Part shown: piece after piece, positions 48,828 through 58,436 of the stretch
Position numbering within the stretch: the first letter of the stretch is position 1
How the letters are laid out: every line of letters begins with the position of its first letter
Assembly (NCBI GenBank): GCA_963827685.1
Contig: CAWHBU010000003.1
Span: forward strand, 832,001-896,000
DNA: 64,000 nt
Direction of reading: 5' to 3'
Origin: an uncultured delta proteobacterium
Lineage (GTDB): Bacteria > Desulfobacterota > BSN033 > UBA1163
Position numbers and translations under genes: made by a program
The notes under the pieces: generated by a model
Database searches by the model: none
What the model saw: only the letters and a program-made list of their open reading frames with translations
Told to the model about the DNA's origin: nothing

Positions 48828-49765
48828 AAAAAAGTCTGCCCATACTTATTGTCATTTTGCTCGCTGTCTTGCCCCTGATTGGGTTGAGTTCCTATCTGAT
48901 GCACATCTTCATTCTGGTCATCATGTATTCGATGATTGGGATGGCATGGAATCTCCTTGGAGGATACTGTGGTCAGGTCTCCTTTGGCCATGCCGCTTTC
49001 TTCGGTGTAGGAGCTTACACCGCAGGTCTCCTCTATTCCAAACTCGGAGTCTCTGGCTGGTGGGGTTTGCTCCTTAGCCTATTTGTCGTCACGGCTTTTT
49101 CCCTCATCATCGGTTTTATCTGTTTGAGATTAAGAGGCCCCTACTTTGCTCTTGCCACCTTGGCGATGGGAGAGGTTCTCAGGGTGACCTCTGAGAATCT
49201 TGTAAAATTCACTGGCGGCGATGTGGGGATACTGATCCGAGAAAGGACCTGGGTGGATAAGACTTGGTTCTACTATATCATCCTGTTATTGGCGATTGGA
49301 GCTTTCATATTGGTGAAGAAAGTGATCGAATCGAAGCTCGGCTACTATTTTGTATCGATCCGGGAAGATCAGGATGCGGCAGAATCGTTGGGAATAGACA
49401 CCACCTTTTATAAAACGATTGCCCTTTGTTTGAGCGGTGCCATCACAGGGCTGGCGGGCGCCTTCTATACAAACTACATGGGATATATCGATCCAAAAGT
49501 CGTCTTTAACCTTCACGATATCTCCATCGTAACCATTATGGTTGTGATGGTCGGAGGGGTGGCCACTTATTGGGGCCCCACCGTAGGAGCCGTTATCATG
49601 GTCTTTCTGGCAGAACTGATCAGGTCGAATCCAGGACTGGGAGCAGCCCATCAAACCCTTTTTGGTATCCTTCTCATCTTCATCATCATCTTTTTACCAA
49701 ATGGGATTGTAGGAGATTTTCCTAAATTGACAAGGCTTTTCAAAATGGGGAGAGCTTCGTCATGA
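48824..49765 (+). CDS. livM: LIV-type ABC permease (LivM-like)
   Basis: GQVSFGHAAFFG and LRGPYFALATL. Confidence 0.85.
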   Translation: MKKSLPILIVILLAVLPLIGLSSYLMHIFILVIMYSMIGMAWNLLGGYCGQVSFGHAAFFGVGAYTAGLLYSKLGVSGWWGLLLSLFVVTAFSLIIGFICLRLRGPYFALATLAMGEVLRVTSENLVKFTGGDVGILIRERTWVDKTWFYYIILLLAIGAFILVKKVIESKLGYYFVSIREDQDAAESLGIDTTFYKTIALCLSGAITGLAGAFYTNYMGYIDPKVVFNLHDISIVTIMVVMVGGVATYWGPTVGAVIMVFLAELIRSNPGLGAAHQTLFGILLIFIIIFLPNGIVGDFPKLTRLFKMGRASS

Positions 49766-50484
49766 GTTTACTCGAAATTCGGGATGTGTCAAAGCGATTT
49801 GGAGGACTCGCCGCCCTCGTGGATTTATCCTATGCTGTCCAGAAAGGCGAAATCCTCGGTCTGATCGGTCCAAATGGTGCAGGCAAGACCACCCTGTTCA
49901 ATGTGGTAAATGGATTCTACCCGCCGACAAAGGGGGAGGTTCTCTTCAAGGGAGAGAAGATATCTCACTTAAAGCCCCATCAGATTTGCAAATTGGGAAT
50001 TGGGAGAACCTTTCAGGTGGTGAGGCCCCTGCAAAGAATGACCGTGCTTGACAATGTCGTCGCCTCTGCCTTTCTCCGGGCAAAGGATAAGGCAGGGGCT
50101 GAGAGGATAGCTCTCGACGCTCTCCAATTTACCGGTCTCTATGAGGACCGAAGTCTTGTTTCGAAAGGCCTTCCGCTGGGCAAGAGAAAAAAACTTGAGA
50201 TAGCGAGAGCCCTTGCCACACAACCCGAAATGCTTCTTCTCGACGAGTCGTTTGCTGGACTCAATCCCTTCGAGCAAAATGAACTGATCGATATTATCAG
50301 AAAGGTGAAAGCCAAGGGCATAACGATTATGATCATAGAACATCACATGAAGGTGATCATGTCTCTTTCCGACCGGGTGGTCGTCCTGAACTATGGTGAG
50401 AAAATAGCAGAAGGAACTCCCAAGGAGATAGGGAATAACCCTCTTGTGATTGAAGCGTATCTTGGAGAGGCGGAAAGTGCTTGA
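49762..50484 (+). CDS. livG: LIV-type ABC ATPase (LivG-like)
   Basis: GPNGAGKTT, RTFQ and LLLDE. Confidence 0.88.
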   Translation: MSLLEIRDVSKRFGGLAALVDLSYAVQKGEILGLIGPNGAGKTTLFNVVNGFYPPTKGEVLFKGEKISHLKPHQICKLGIGRTFQVVRPLQRMTVLDNVVASAFLRAKDKAGAERIALDALQFTGLYEDRSLVSKGLPLGKRKKLEIARALATQPEMLLLDESFAGLNPFEQNELIDIIRKVKAKGITIMIIEHHMKVIMSLSDRVVVLNYGEKIAEGTPKEIGNNPLVIEAYLGEAESA

Positions 50485-51181
50485 AATCAAAAATATCGAT
50501 GTCCTTTATGGAGATGTTCAGGTCATCTGGGGTGTCTCTTTTGAGGTGAAGGAGAGGGAGGTCGTAGCGATGATTGGCGCCAACGGTGCGGGAAAGTCTA
50601 CGATTCTAAAAACCATCTCCGGCATTCTAAGACCGAAGAGGGGAGAGATATTATTCGAGGGCAAACCGATCTACAAAATGGATCCTTTCAGGCTGACCGA
50701 ACTGGGGATCGCCCACGTGCCAGAAGCCAGGAGACTCTTTGTGGAGATGACCGTTGAAGAAAATTTAGACATGGGGTCCCTCAGAGGAGAGGCAAGGGCT
50801 CAACGTGAAAAGACAAAGGAGATGGTCTTCGAGCTATTGCCGAGGCTGAGAGAGCGAAGGAGACAACTCGCCGGAACCCTAAGCGGTGGAGAACAACAGA
50901 TGCTCGCCGTAGGAAGGGGACTGATGTCATTACCCAAACTTCAGATGTTTGACGAACCTTCCCTGGGACTTGCCCCTCTTCTTGTCAGGGAGATATTCAA
51001 TACGATCAGAAAGATCAATGGTGAAGGGACAACGGTCCTCATCGTAGAGCAGAATGTAAAACAGACCCTTTTGGTAGCCAATAGAGGATATGTGCTCGAA
51101 ACGGGCAAGATCACCAAACAGGGAACAGGTCAATCGTTACTCAGTGATGAGCACGTCAAGACAGCCTACCTCGGCGTTTAA
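50477..51181 (+). CDS. livF: LIV-type ABC ATPase (LivF-like)
   Basis: GANGAGKST and LSGGEQQM; GTG start at 50477. Confidence 0.88.
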   Translation: MLEIKNIDVLYGDVQVIWGVSFEVKEREVVAMIGANGAGKSTILKTISGILRPKRGEILFEGKPIYKMDPFRLTELGIAHVPEARRLFVEMTVEENLDMGSLRGEARAQREKTKEMVFELLPRLRERRRQLAGTLSGGEQQMLAVGRGLMSLPKLQMFDEPSLGLAPLLVREIFNTIRKINGEGTTVLIVEQNVKQTLLVANRGYVLETGKITKQGTGQSLLSDEHVKTAYLGV

Positions 51182-51285
51182 TTCTTCTTGAAACCCCAGC
51201 CAGTCATGAATCTTAGCCATCATCACGTCATGCCCTCCGATCTCTGAGGTCTTCAAGAAAATATCTATGAAGGCTTTCTTCCCTC

Positions 51286-52056
51286 TCACCTGCCGTGGTC
51301 CTTCACGGAACGATTAATCTCTTGTGCCGTTTTCCGAATCTCCAGGATCACCTTCTCCATTTTCTCATCATTGAGGCTTGAAGTGAATCCCACCACCCAG
51401 ATCGCAGCCGGAGGAAGTAAAGCCGTTTGAATGGGTGCGGCGACCGCTCTTACACCAGGAAGATATTCCTCATCATCAATCGCACAACCTTTTTTCTTCG
51501 TTTCTTCAAGTTCTTTAAAAAATTTTTTCGGATCGACAATCGACTTTGAAGTATATCTTTTTAACCCCATCTTCTGCAGAATTTCCTTAACCTTCTTCTC
51601 CTCAAATTGAGCGAGAAAAATCTTCCCGATCGCTCCAGCCAGAAGTGGAAGCCTGGTCCCCGGGGGCGACGTAATCTTCATCTCACGATACGATTCCACC
51701 ACATCCAAAATCGTGATGTGATCCCCGTTCATGATCCCCAGAAAAACGCTCTCCTCAACCTTTTCCATCAGCTTTTCCATGGGGATTCTGGCAATATCCC
51801 TCAATTCCATCCTTCTATAGAACTTGCGATTGAGTTCCAAAAGGGAATATCCCAACTGATATTTCTTGTGAAGGGGGTCCCGCACCAAAAGGCCTAACTC
51901 TACTAAAGCAGCTGTGACCCCGTGGACCGTGCTTTTCCCGATTTTCAATTTTTTCGCGATCTCACTGATCCCGAAACCGTTTTTGGAATCGGAAACGGTT
52001 TGTAAGATTCTAAAGGCTTTTTTTACGGACGGTGCAGAATAAGAATTTTTTCCCAT
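51286..52056 (-). CDS. IclR family transcriptional regulator
   Basis: N-terminal wHTH (SVKKAFRIL...KSTVH), GAIGKIFLA and DDEEYLPGVRAVAAP. Confidence 0.93.
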   Translation of the reverse strand: MGKNSYSAPSVKKAFRILQTVSDSKNGFGISEIAKKLKIGKSTVHGVTAALVELGLLVRDPLHKKYQLGYSLLELNRKFYRRMELRDIARIPMEKLMEKVEESVFLGIMNGDHITILDVVESYREMKITSPPGTRLPLLAGAIGKIFLAQFEEKKVKEILQKMGLKRYTSKSIVDPKKFFKELEETKKKGCAIDDEEYLPGVRAVAAPIQTALLPPAAIWVVGFTSSLNDEKMEKVILEIRKTAQEINRSVKDHGR

Positions 52057-52074
52057 TGTTCAACTTGCTGAACA
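52057..52074. promoter_or_regulatory. Putative IclR operator TGTTCA-N6-TGAACA
   Basis: Perfect arms abutting the iclR ATG; related sites at 52188 and 54026. Confidence 0.65.
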
Positions 52075-52143
52075 CATTTTGAGCAAACTTAACAGGATCA
52101 TTGACTTATGTCAATATAATCTATTAGAATTCTATTCAAATAC

Positions 52144-52205
52144 TTGACAAGAATGATTTGTGTGCTATCCTTTCTACTAGGACTGCTTGTTCACTATGGA
52201 GAACT
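52144..52205 (+). promoter_or_regulatory. Promoter (TTGACA...TGCTATCCT) plus operator TGTTCACTATGGAGAACT
   Basis: TTGACA at 52144, TATCCT at 52166, operator at 52188-52205. Confidence 0.55.
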
Positions 52206-52267
52206 ATTGATCCAGGGGTCATAATCCAAAGGAGCCTTCAAAGTAATTTCTGAGACATGATACTCGT

Positions 52268-53275
52268 ATGATTACCGACCCCACACTTCCCATTGGAAAC
52301 CCCAAAGTTCAGCGACCCCAGAGAGAGTGGGGGTGGGAGATTGCCATCTATCTCTATATGGCAGGTATGGGGGCGGGGTCCTTTGTTGTAGGGATGTTCA
52401 CAAATTGGCTTGAGAATCCCTCCATCACGATTCAAGTCTGGGGTTTTTCTTTCGATATCGCCAAATTCGCCCTTTTTGGCGGACCTATCCTCGTTGCCAT
52501 GGGTGCCCCCTTCCTCATTATGGATCTTGGAATAAAAAGAAGATTCCTTTACGCCTGTCTCAACCCAAGATCCTCTTGGGTAGCCCGCGGGTTCCTCATT
52601 CTTTCCACCTTTATCGTTCTCGGATTAGCCGTCTTAGTCATTTCCTTTTTTTATCCAACTGTATTTATTAAAAGACCAGCCTCTTGGCTGGCCTTAGAGA
52701 TCCTCAGTCTTGTTTTCGCCTTTGCAACCGCCATCTATACGGGTGTTCTCCTGAAATCGGTCAAATATGTGTCCCTCTGGAACACTCCCCTTCTCCCGAT
52801 CCTATTCTTGGTTTCCGCTCTCTCCACAGGAACGCTGGTCCTCCTGCTCTCCACTCTTGGATATGGATACTTGGTCCCACGTGGAGAATGGTTCTACAAG
52901 ATGATAGATCTATGGGTCTGTTTTGGACAAATACTGATTCTCATAGAGTGTTTTGTGCTCGCTCTCTACTTTATGGTTTACCGGAAAGACGATCGAGAAC
53001 CAAGCCAGGTGTATCATTTCGTATTAAGAGAAATAGGATGGCTGATCTGTGGGGGCATTGCCTTATTTCTATATGCTTATTTTTTCAAACATCCCATTCT
53101 TTTAATAGCTGCTGGCCTATTTCTGTTTATCGGAGGGTTCTCTCTTCGATTGCAGGTTCTCGCCCAGGGGGTAAAAGAACAGCCTCCTATGTATCGATGG
53201 ATTGAAATGATGGCAAACATCAGGTCTTCGGAAAGGGTTGATCACCAAGTGAGAAAGTCGTTATGGCGGGGGTGA
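52268..53275 (+). CDS. NrfD/PsrC family membrane anchor
   Basis: WGWEIAIYLYMAGMGAG, NPRSSWVARG and YTGVLL...LWN. Confidence 0.85.
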   Translation: MITDPTLPIGNPKVQRPQREWGWEIAIYLYMAGMGAGSFVVGMFTNWLENPSITIQVWGFSFDIAKFALFGGPILVAMGAPFLIMDLGIKRRFLYACLNPRSSWVARGFLILSTFIVLGLAVLVISFFYPTVFIKRPASWLALEILSLVFAFATAIYTGVLLKSVKYVSLWNTPLLPILFLVSALSTGTLVLLLSTLGYGYLVPRGEWFYKMIDLWVCFGQILILIECFVLALYFMVYRKDDREPSQVYHFVLREIGWLICGGIALFLYAYFFKHPILLIAAGLFLFIGGFSLRLQVLAQGVKEQPPMYRWIEMMANIRSSERVDHQVRKSLWRG

Positions 53276-53289
53276 TGAGGATTTTTTCA

Positions 53290-53775
53290 ATGCTTGAGAA
53301 GGTATTGGTCATAGATCTTGAGCGATGTACGGGTTGCCGGCAGTGTGAGATGGTTTGCTCGGTGTTTCATACAGGCGCAAGCAATCCAAGCCGTTCCCGC
53401 ATCAAAGTTATCAAGTGGGAGAATGTCGGGGTGTACCTTCCGATGGCCTGCAACCATTGTGAACAAGCCTATTGCGTGGAGGTATGCCCGACCAAAGCCT
53501 GTCACAGGGAACCTGTAAATCATAACCGAGTGATGATCGATAAAAAACGGTGCATCGGATGCAGGACCTGCATCCTTGCTTGCCCTTTTGGTCATCCGTT
53601 CTTTGATGTGCAGGAACGGGTGACGGTGAAGTGCGACTACTGTGACGGAGATCCTCAGTGTGTTCGTTTCTGCGAGGTCAAGGCCATTTCTTTCACGGAT
53701 GCGGATAAGGCAAACATCTCCAGAAGACGAGAATTCGCCAACAAGTTGGCCGATCTCATGAGACAGGGAAAGTAA
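53290..53775 (+). CDS. 4x[4Fe-4S] electron-transfer protein
   Basis: CTGCRQC..VC, CNHC..AYC..VCP, CIGCRTC..ACP and KCDYC..PQC..FC. Confidence 0.92.
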   Translation: MLEKVLVIDLERCTGCRQCEMVCSVFHTGASNPSRSRIKVIKWENVGVYLPMACNHCEQAYCVEVCPTKACHREPVNHNRVMIDKKRCIGCRTCILACPFGHPFFDVQERVTVKCDYCDGDPQCVRFCEVKAISFTDADKANISRRREFANKLADLMRQGK

Positions 53776-53806
53776 GTAAGAACCATTCAGATCTGTTCGT
53801 AGAACC

Positions 53807-53888
53807 CTTGGTTCCTTGTGTTACTTGGGTTGCTTGGGTTCTTTGGGCTTCTTGCGTTAACCCAACAAACCCAATAAGCCCAATAAAC
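53807..53888. repeat. Empty 9-mer hairpin element (CTTGGGTTN / ACCCAAYAA)
   Basis: cttggttc cttgtgtta cttgggttg cttgggttc tttgggctt cttgcgtta, then acccaacaa acccaataa gcccaataa. Confidence 0.8.
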
Positions 53889-54025
53889 TACTGTGGCTCA
53901 TTCCAGGCATGTTTTAGTCGTTCACGATTGTGACCCCGACTCTGTCACAGAGACAAAGGTTGTCCTTGACAAAGAAACAAATGTGCTTTATTTATTTGCT
54001 TATAGTTAGTCTGTTCCGCTTCGGT

Positions 54026-54043
54026 TGTTCACTATTGTGAACA
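54026..54043. promoter_or_regulatory. Putative IclR operator TGTTCACTATTGTGAACA
   Basis: Palindrome downstream of TTGACA at 53966. Confidence 0.65.
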
Positions 54044-54112
54044 TTGCTCAAAAGGTGCTGAGTTCTGCAATACTTCTATCATTCATTCCTTGTATTGACA
54101 AAGGAGGTTGAT

Positions 54113-54391
54113 ATGGGAAACGAGAAAGAAGGACTTTCAACGGCTGAGAGTCTGCGAAAGACTCGCACCTATGGCCAGGTGAGGTGCCATAATCCCAGTT
54201 GCATGGGAAGACTACAGCCAGAGTCAGGGGCGAATCAAGTGAAATGTCCTGCTTGTGGGATGGAATATCGCCTGGTCTGGCTCAAAAGTGGTTTTCCGCG
54301 TATCAGAGGCCCGGTGTGGGATGTAAACAAAAGATTAGCCGATGAGGAGTTCGAGAGAAAAATGAAGGAGGTTAAGAAAGATGGCCCTTAA
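54113..54391 (+). CDS. Small Cys-rich (zinc-ribbon-like) protein
   Basis: CHNPSC and CPAC; AAGGAGG RBS; overlaps the AOR start. Confidence 0.75.
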   Translation: MGNEKEGLSTAESLRKTRTYGQVRCHNPSCMGRLQPESGANQVKCPACGMEYRLVWLKSGFPRIRGPVWDVNKRLADEEFERKMKEVKKDGP

Positions 54392-56321
54392 TAGGAAGTT
54401 GGCAATTATTGATCTCTCCACAGGTAAAATAGAAATCAAGTCCATCCCGATTGAGGTCCGGAAAAAATTCCTGGGGGGCCGGGGACTCGATGCCTATCTG
54501 CTTTATAATCACACAAAACAAGGATGCGACCCTCTTGGTCCTGACAACACAGTCATGGTGAGTGGCGGATTTTTGGCGGCCACATTGGCTTCAGCAACCG
54601 CCAGAACCCATGTGATGGCTAAATCTCCGCTCGGAGGCATGCTGGGGAGTTGCAACATGGGAGGGTTCTTCGCTCCTGAGTTGGCCTGGGCAGGCTTCCA
54701 TCATCTCGTCATCAAGGGTAAAGCAGAAAGGCCGGTCTACTTATGGATCCACAATGGCAAAATTGAGATCCGTGATGCCAAAAATATTTGGGGGAAAACG
54801 GTCACGGATGCCCAATGGGCGATCCGGGATGATCTGGGAGATGAAGACGTCAAGAGTCTGGTCATCGGTCCGGCCGGTGAAAATCTCGTCAGGTTTGCCA
54901 ATGTCATGACCGGAATTAAGAATTCGGGCGGAAGAACCGGTATGGGAGCGGTCATGGGTTCAAAAAATTTGAAGGCCATTGCTGCCCGGGGCACCATGGA
55001 TATAAAAATCGCCTATCCAAGGGAAGCCCTCGATTACAACAAACGCTTTATTGACCAAATTACGAGCGCTAAGGTGAATCAAACTCAGGGGGCCCTCGGA
55101 ACCCCCTTTATTTGGGGAGCCACCAACTGCTGGGGGGGTGTCCGAACCAGAAACTTTCAGTATAACCAAATGCTCTACTGTGACGAAGTTGAGCCGGAAT
55201 CGATCGATGAGAATTGTACAGAGACGATCGGTCCCTACCACATGACAGGCTGCTTTGGTTGCCAGGTACACTGCCGGGCCAAGTATAAAATTCCTACCGG
55301 GCCCTATACGGGAAAATATGACGAGGGTCCCGAATATACGTCCCAGGGCGCCTTTTCTTCAGAGCCGGATATTCCAAGCCTGGAGAACCTATTGGTGGCA
55401 AATCACCTGGTCAATCAGTGGGGCGTGGATAATCTGGAAATCGGGAGCATCATCTCTTGGGCAATGGAGCTCTATGAGTTGGGAATTCTTACCAACAAAG
55501 AGACCGATGGCCTCGAATTGCGGTTTGGCAGCAGCGAGGCTCTCTTAGAGATGATTGAGCGTATCTGCTTTAGAAAGGGCTGGCTAGGTAATGTCTTGGC
55601 TGACGGGGGAATCATCGCTTCTGAAAAGATTGGAAAGAATTCATTTGACTACCTGATTCAGGTAAAAGGGGTAAACAATCTTCACTCTGATGAGCGAGCA
55701 ACGCCCGCCCTTGCGCTGAATATTGCGACCGCTTCCCGTGGTTCAGACCACTTAAGAAGCCGCCCTGCGATCGACCTGTACCATTTACCGGAAGAGGTGA
55801 TGAGAAAAATCTACGGCAACCCAGTCCCTTACGACGGACCCTTGAGTTCAGAGCATACGGAATACATTGGCAAGCCGTGGCAGGTCTTCTGGCAGGAGAA
55901 CTGTTATATGGCCGTGGATTGCCTCGGCATCTGTAAATATCACACGGTCTTCCTGGGGGCGACACTTCCGAATTTTGAAGATTGGTCGAAAGTGCTTTAC
56001 TACAATACGGGACTGGAGTTTACTCCCCGGGAAATTTGGGACATTGCTGAGCGATGTAACATGATCGAGCGCCTCTTTAACCTCCGCGAAGGTTTGCAGA
56101 GAGAGGATCTCAAGAAGGGCGATATGCTTAATCACCGCTACTTCGATGAACCCGTCCGAAGGGGCGCTCCCGATGTCGTGGGAACAGTCATCGATCGAGA
56201 AAAATTCAAGAAGATGGTTGATGAATTTTACGAATACAAGGGCCTTGATCGGGATGGCGTCCCGAAGCCGGAAACGCTTAAGAGGCTTGGCCTGGAAAAT
56301 GAGCCTTCCCACTTGCTGTAA
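54381..56321 (+). CDS. Tungsten-dependent aldehyde:ferredoxin oxidoreductase family protein
   Basis: FLGGRG, KSP, GRTGMGAVMGSKNLKA, CFGCQVHC, GPEY and RGSDH. Confidence 0.92.
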   Translation: MALNRKLAIIDLSTGKIEIKSIPIEVRKKFLGGRGLDAYLLYNHTKQGCDPLGPDNTVMVSGGFLAATLASATARTHVMAKSPLGGMLGSCNMGGFFAPELAWAGFHHLVIKGKAERPVYLWIHNGKIEIRDAKNIWGKTVTDAQWAIRDDLGDEDVKSLVIGPAGENLVRFANVMTGIKNSGGRTGMGAVMGSKNLKAIAARGTMDIKIAYPREALDYNKRFIDQITSAKVNQTQGALGTPFIWGATNCWGGVRTRNFQYNQMLYCDEVEPESIDENCTETIGPYHMTGCFGCQVHCRAKYKIPTGPYTGKYDEGPEYTSQGAFSSEPDIPSLENLLVANHLVNQWGVDNLEIGSIISWAMELYELGILTNKETDGLELRFGSSEALLEMIERICFRKGWLGNVLADGGIIASEKIGKNSFDYLIQVKGVNNLHSDERATPALALNIATASRGSDHLRSRPAIDLYHLPEEVMRKIYGNPVPYDGPLSSEHTEYIGKPWQVFWQENCYMAVDCLGICKYHTVFLGATLPNFEDWSKVLYYNTGLEFTPREIWDIAERCNMIERLFNLREGLQREDLKKGDMLNHRYFDEPVRRGAPDVVGTVIDREKFKKMVDEFYEYKGLDRDGVPKPETLKRLGLENEPSHLL

Positions 56322-56326
56322 TACAA

Positions 56327-56415
56327 GCGAATTTAGCGAATGGCAGCGAAATAATCGAACTTTAAGTAGTTCTTTTAGTTAATTCGCCAAATTCGGTTTG
56401 ATTCGTGTAATTCGC
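56327..56415. repeat. Empty 9-10-mer hairpin element (GCGAAT / ATTCGC)
   Basis: gcgaatttagcgaatggcagcgaaataatcgaa ... taattcgccaaattcggtttgattcgtgtaattcgc. Confidence 0.75.
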
Positions 56416-56437
56416 TCACTATGAAAGGAGAGGGCTA

Positions 56438-56947
56438 ATGGAACCCATGGGTAAAGTTCTTGCAATCAGTCCTGAGAAATGCACTGGCTGTAGGCTGTGT
56501 GAGCTTGTCTGCTCGGTTTTCCATGATGGCGTATCGAATGCGAATCGGAGCCGGATAAAAATTGTTAAATGGGAGTCAGAAGGCCTTTACATCCCCATGT
56601 GCTGCCAACAGTGTCAGGATGCCCCGTGTATGACGGTTTGCCCGGTGAAGGCCATCACCCGGGATGAGAAACTCAGTCGGGTGACGGTGAATCACAATGT
56701 GTGCATTGGATGCCGTTCCTGCGTGGCGGTTTGCCCTTTTGGTGCGATGAATTTCAACGTCATTGACCGAAAGAATTTCAAGTGCGACCTCTGCGACGGG
56801 GATCCGCAGTGCGTTCGTTTCTGCGAACTCAAAGCCGTGGATTATGTGGAGGCGGACCGGGTGAGTGGTTTGAAAAAGAAGGCGGCCGCCGAGAAAATCT
56901 CCGCTGCTCGAAGAGAGGCTGCCGCATTAGAGTCAGAATCCCGCTGA
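56438..56947 (+). CDS. 4x[4Fe-4S] protein (AOR small-subunit-like), paralog of 53290-53775
   Basis: Four CxxCxxC/CP clusters. Confidence 0.92.
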   Translation: MEPMGKVLAISPEKCTGCRLCELVCSVFHDGVSNANRSRIKIVKWESEGLYIPMCCQQCQDAPCMTVCPVKAITRDEKLSRVTVNHNVCIGCRSCVAVCPFGAMNFNVIDRKNFKCDLCDGDPQCVRFCELKAVDYVEADRVSGLKKKAAAEKISAARREAAALESESR

Positions 56948-56986
56948 GGCTCCCCCTCCTGCAACCCCGAATTCCGGCGTGAGCCG

Positions 56987-57928
56987 TCAGACCGGTTTGA
57001 ATGCCTCGAGGTTTTCGAGAAAATCGAGCATCTTCAGGTAAAGAAGGTCCCTCTTCCTGAGAATCTCTTCTTCACTTCGTCCGCCATAATCGTAGATCCC
57101 TTTGGAAGTCCTTGCACCCAGATGCCCCTGCTTCACCTTTTCTTCAATGAGGGGGTTATCCGTCCCCGAGCTTTTTGTGATGTCATAAACCAAATTAAGT
57201 CCGGTAAAATCCAGGCTCTGGACGATGCCCACGATGGGCAGGCGGATTCCCAGACTGGTCTTCACGGCGAGATCAATTTGGTCGGGAGTGGCCCACCCGT
57301 TCCTCATCATCTCCATAGCCGCCGAGATCATTGCGTTCTGAATTCGGTTGACAATGAAACGCTTGACGAATTGTTTCATGACCAACGGTTTTTTGCCGAT
57401 CCTCTCCATCAGTGTTGCGGCAAATTGCAGAACATCGGGAGCAGTCGCTGGTCCAGGAACCACTTCCACCAGGGGAATGATATGCGGAGGAGCAAACCAG
57501 TGGGTAACCACAACGCGGGAAGGATTTTTGACCTCTATGATGTTGAAGATTTCCAAACCTGAGGTGTTGCTGGCTAGGACCGTTTTTTCAGGGCAGGCTG
57601 CTTCCAATTGGGCAAAGACTTTTTTCTTCACTTCAGGAATTTCGACCACCGCTTCCAAAACGAAATCAACCTCCTTGACTGCACTTGCCAGGTCGGTCAT
57701 GGGACGGATGCGCTCCAAAATAACAGGGATCTCCTGAGAATTCACCCGTCCGTATTCGGACAGGGTCTGAAGATTCGACTTCACCAACTTGAGCGCATGA
57801 GCCAGAAGCTCATTCTTTAAATCAACCAAATGTACCAGAATGCCGGCCTGGGCGAAGACCTGAGCGATGGAATGACCCATCACCCCGGCCCCGATCACAG
57901 CGGCCCGTTTAACATTTTGGGGATCCAC
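56987..57928 (-). CDS. 3-hydroxyacyl-CoA dehydrogenase family protein
   Basis: GAGVMG, EAVVE, SNTS and THWFAPPHIIPLVE. Confidence 0.88.
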   Translation of the reverse strand: MDPQNVKRAAVIGAGVMGHSIAQVFAQAGILVHLVDLKNELLAHALKLVKSNLQTLSEYGRVNSQEIPVILERIRPMTDLASAVKEVDFVLEAVVEIPEVKKKVFAQLEAACPEKTVLASNTSGLEIFNIIEVKNPSRVVVTHWFAPPHIIPLVEVVPGPATAPDVLQFAATLMERIGKKPLVMKQFVKRFIVNRIQNAMISAAMEMMRNGWATPDQIDLAVKTSLGIRLPIVGIVQSLDFTGLNLVYDITKSSGTDNPLIEEKVKQGHLGARTSKGIYDYGGRSEEEILRKRDLLYLKMLDFLENLEAFKPV

Positions 57929-58038
57929 TCATAGCCTCCTTGTTTTTCGCGTAAAATGGGTAACGAAGTATTTTCCCTATAACACAATATAAGGTATTCG
58001 TTTTCAACACTCCTTTTGCCTTTGGCCTTTGATGCCGC

Positions 58039-58311
58039 TTATCCTCCAGCGAGCATCACGACCAGGTGAATCTCGTCACCATCCTTAACGGGCTTAACGA
58101 GTTCGTTCGGATACGCACTGGTATGATTTACAAAAACTTCAACGACGTTGAGCAGTTTATCTTTTTTGGCAAACAGGGCCTTCTCCATTCCAGGGAACTG
58201 CTTGATGAGCTGATTCAGACATTCACCCACTGTTCTTCCCTCTACCGCTACCATCTCCAAGCCATTGGTGAATTGACGATGAGTTTTATGAATGTGAACA
58301 TTAACAGGCAT
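58039..58311 (-). CDS. MoaD/ThiS sulfur carrier
   Basis: Ubiquitin-like fold with C-terminal AGG. Confidence 0.88.
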   Translation of the reverse strand: MPVNVHIHKTHRQFTNGLEMVAVEGRTVGECLNQLIKQFPGMEKALFAKKDKLLNVVEVFVNHTSAYPNELVKPVKDGDEIHLVVMLAGG

Positions 58312-58339
58312 ATTTACCCCTTTCCTGCCAATTCGAACG

Positions 58340-58425
58340 CCCCTCTCACCCTAACTCCCCTTCATCCCCCTCTTGTAACCCCCCTCTATTCCCCCCTTAA
58401 ATTAAGGGGGGATGAAGGGGGGTTA
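58340..58425. repeat. REP-like palindrome CCCCCCTTAA-A-TTAAGGGGGG inside C-rich repeats
   Basis: taacccccc..ccccccttaaattaagggggg..ggggggtta. Confidence 0.65.
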
Positions 58426-58436
58426 TAGTGATTCGT

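Noticed and set aside
54381-56321. Class II benzoyl-CoA reductase BamB
   Set aside because: Motifs fit generic AOR (GPEY, RGSDH), and no bamDEFGHI-like genes are adjacent; a phylogeny would be decisive.
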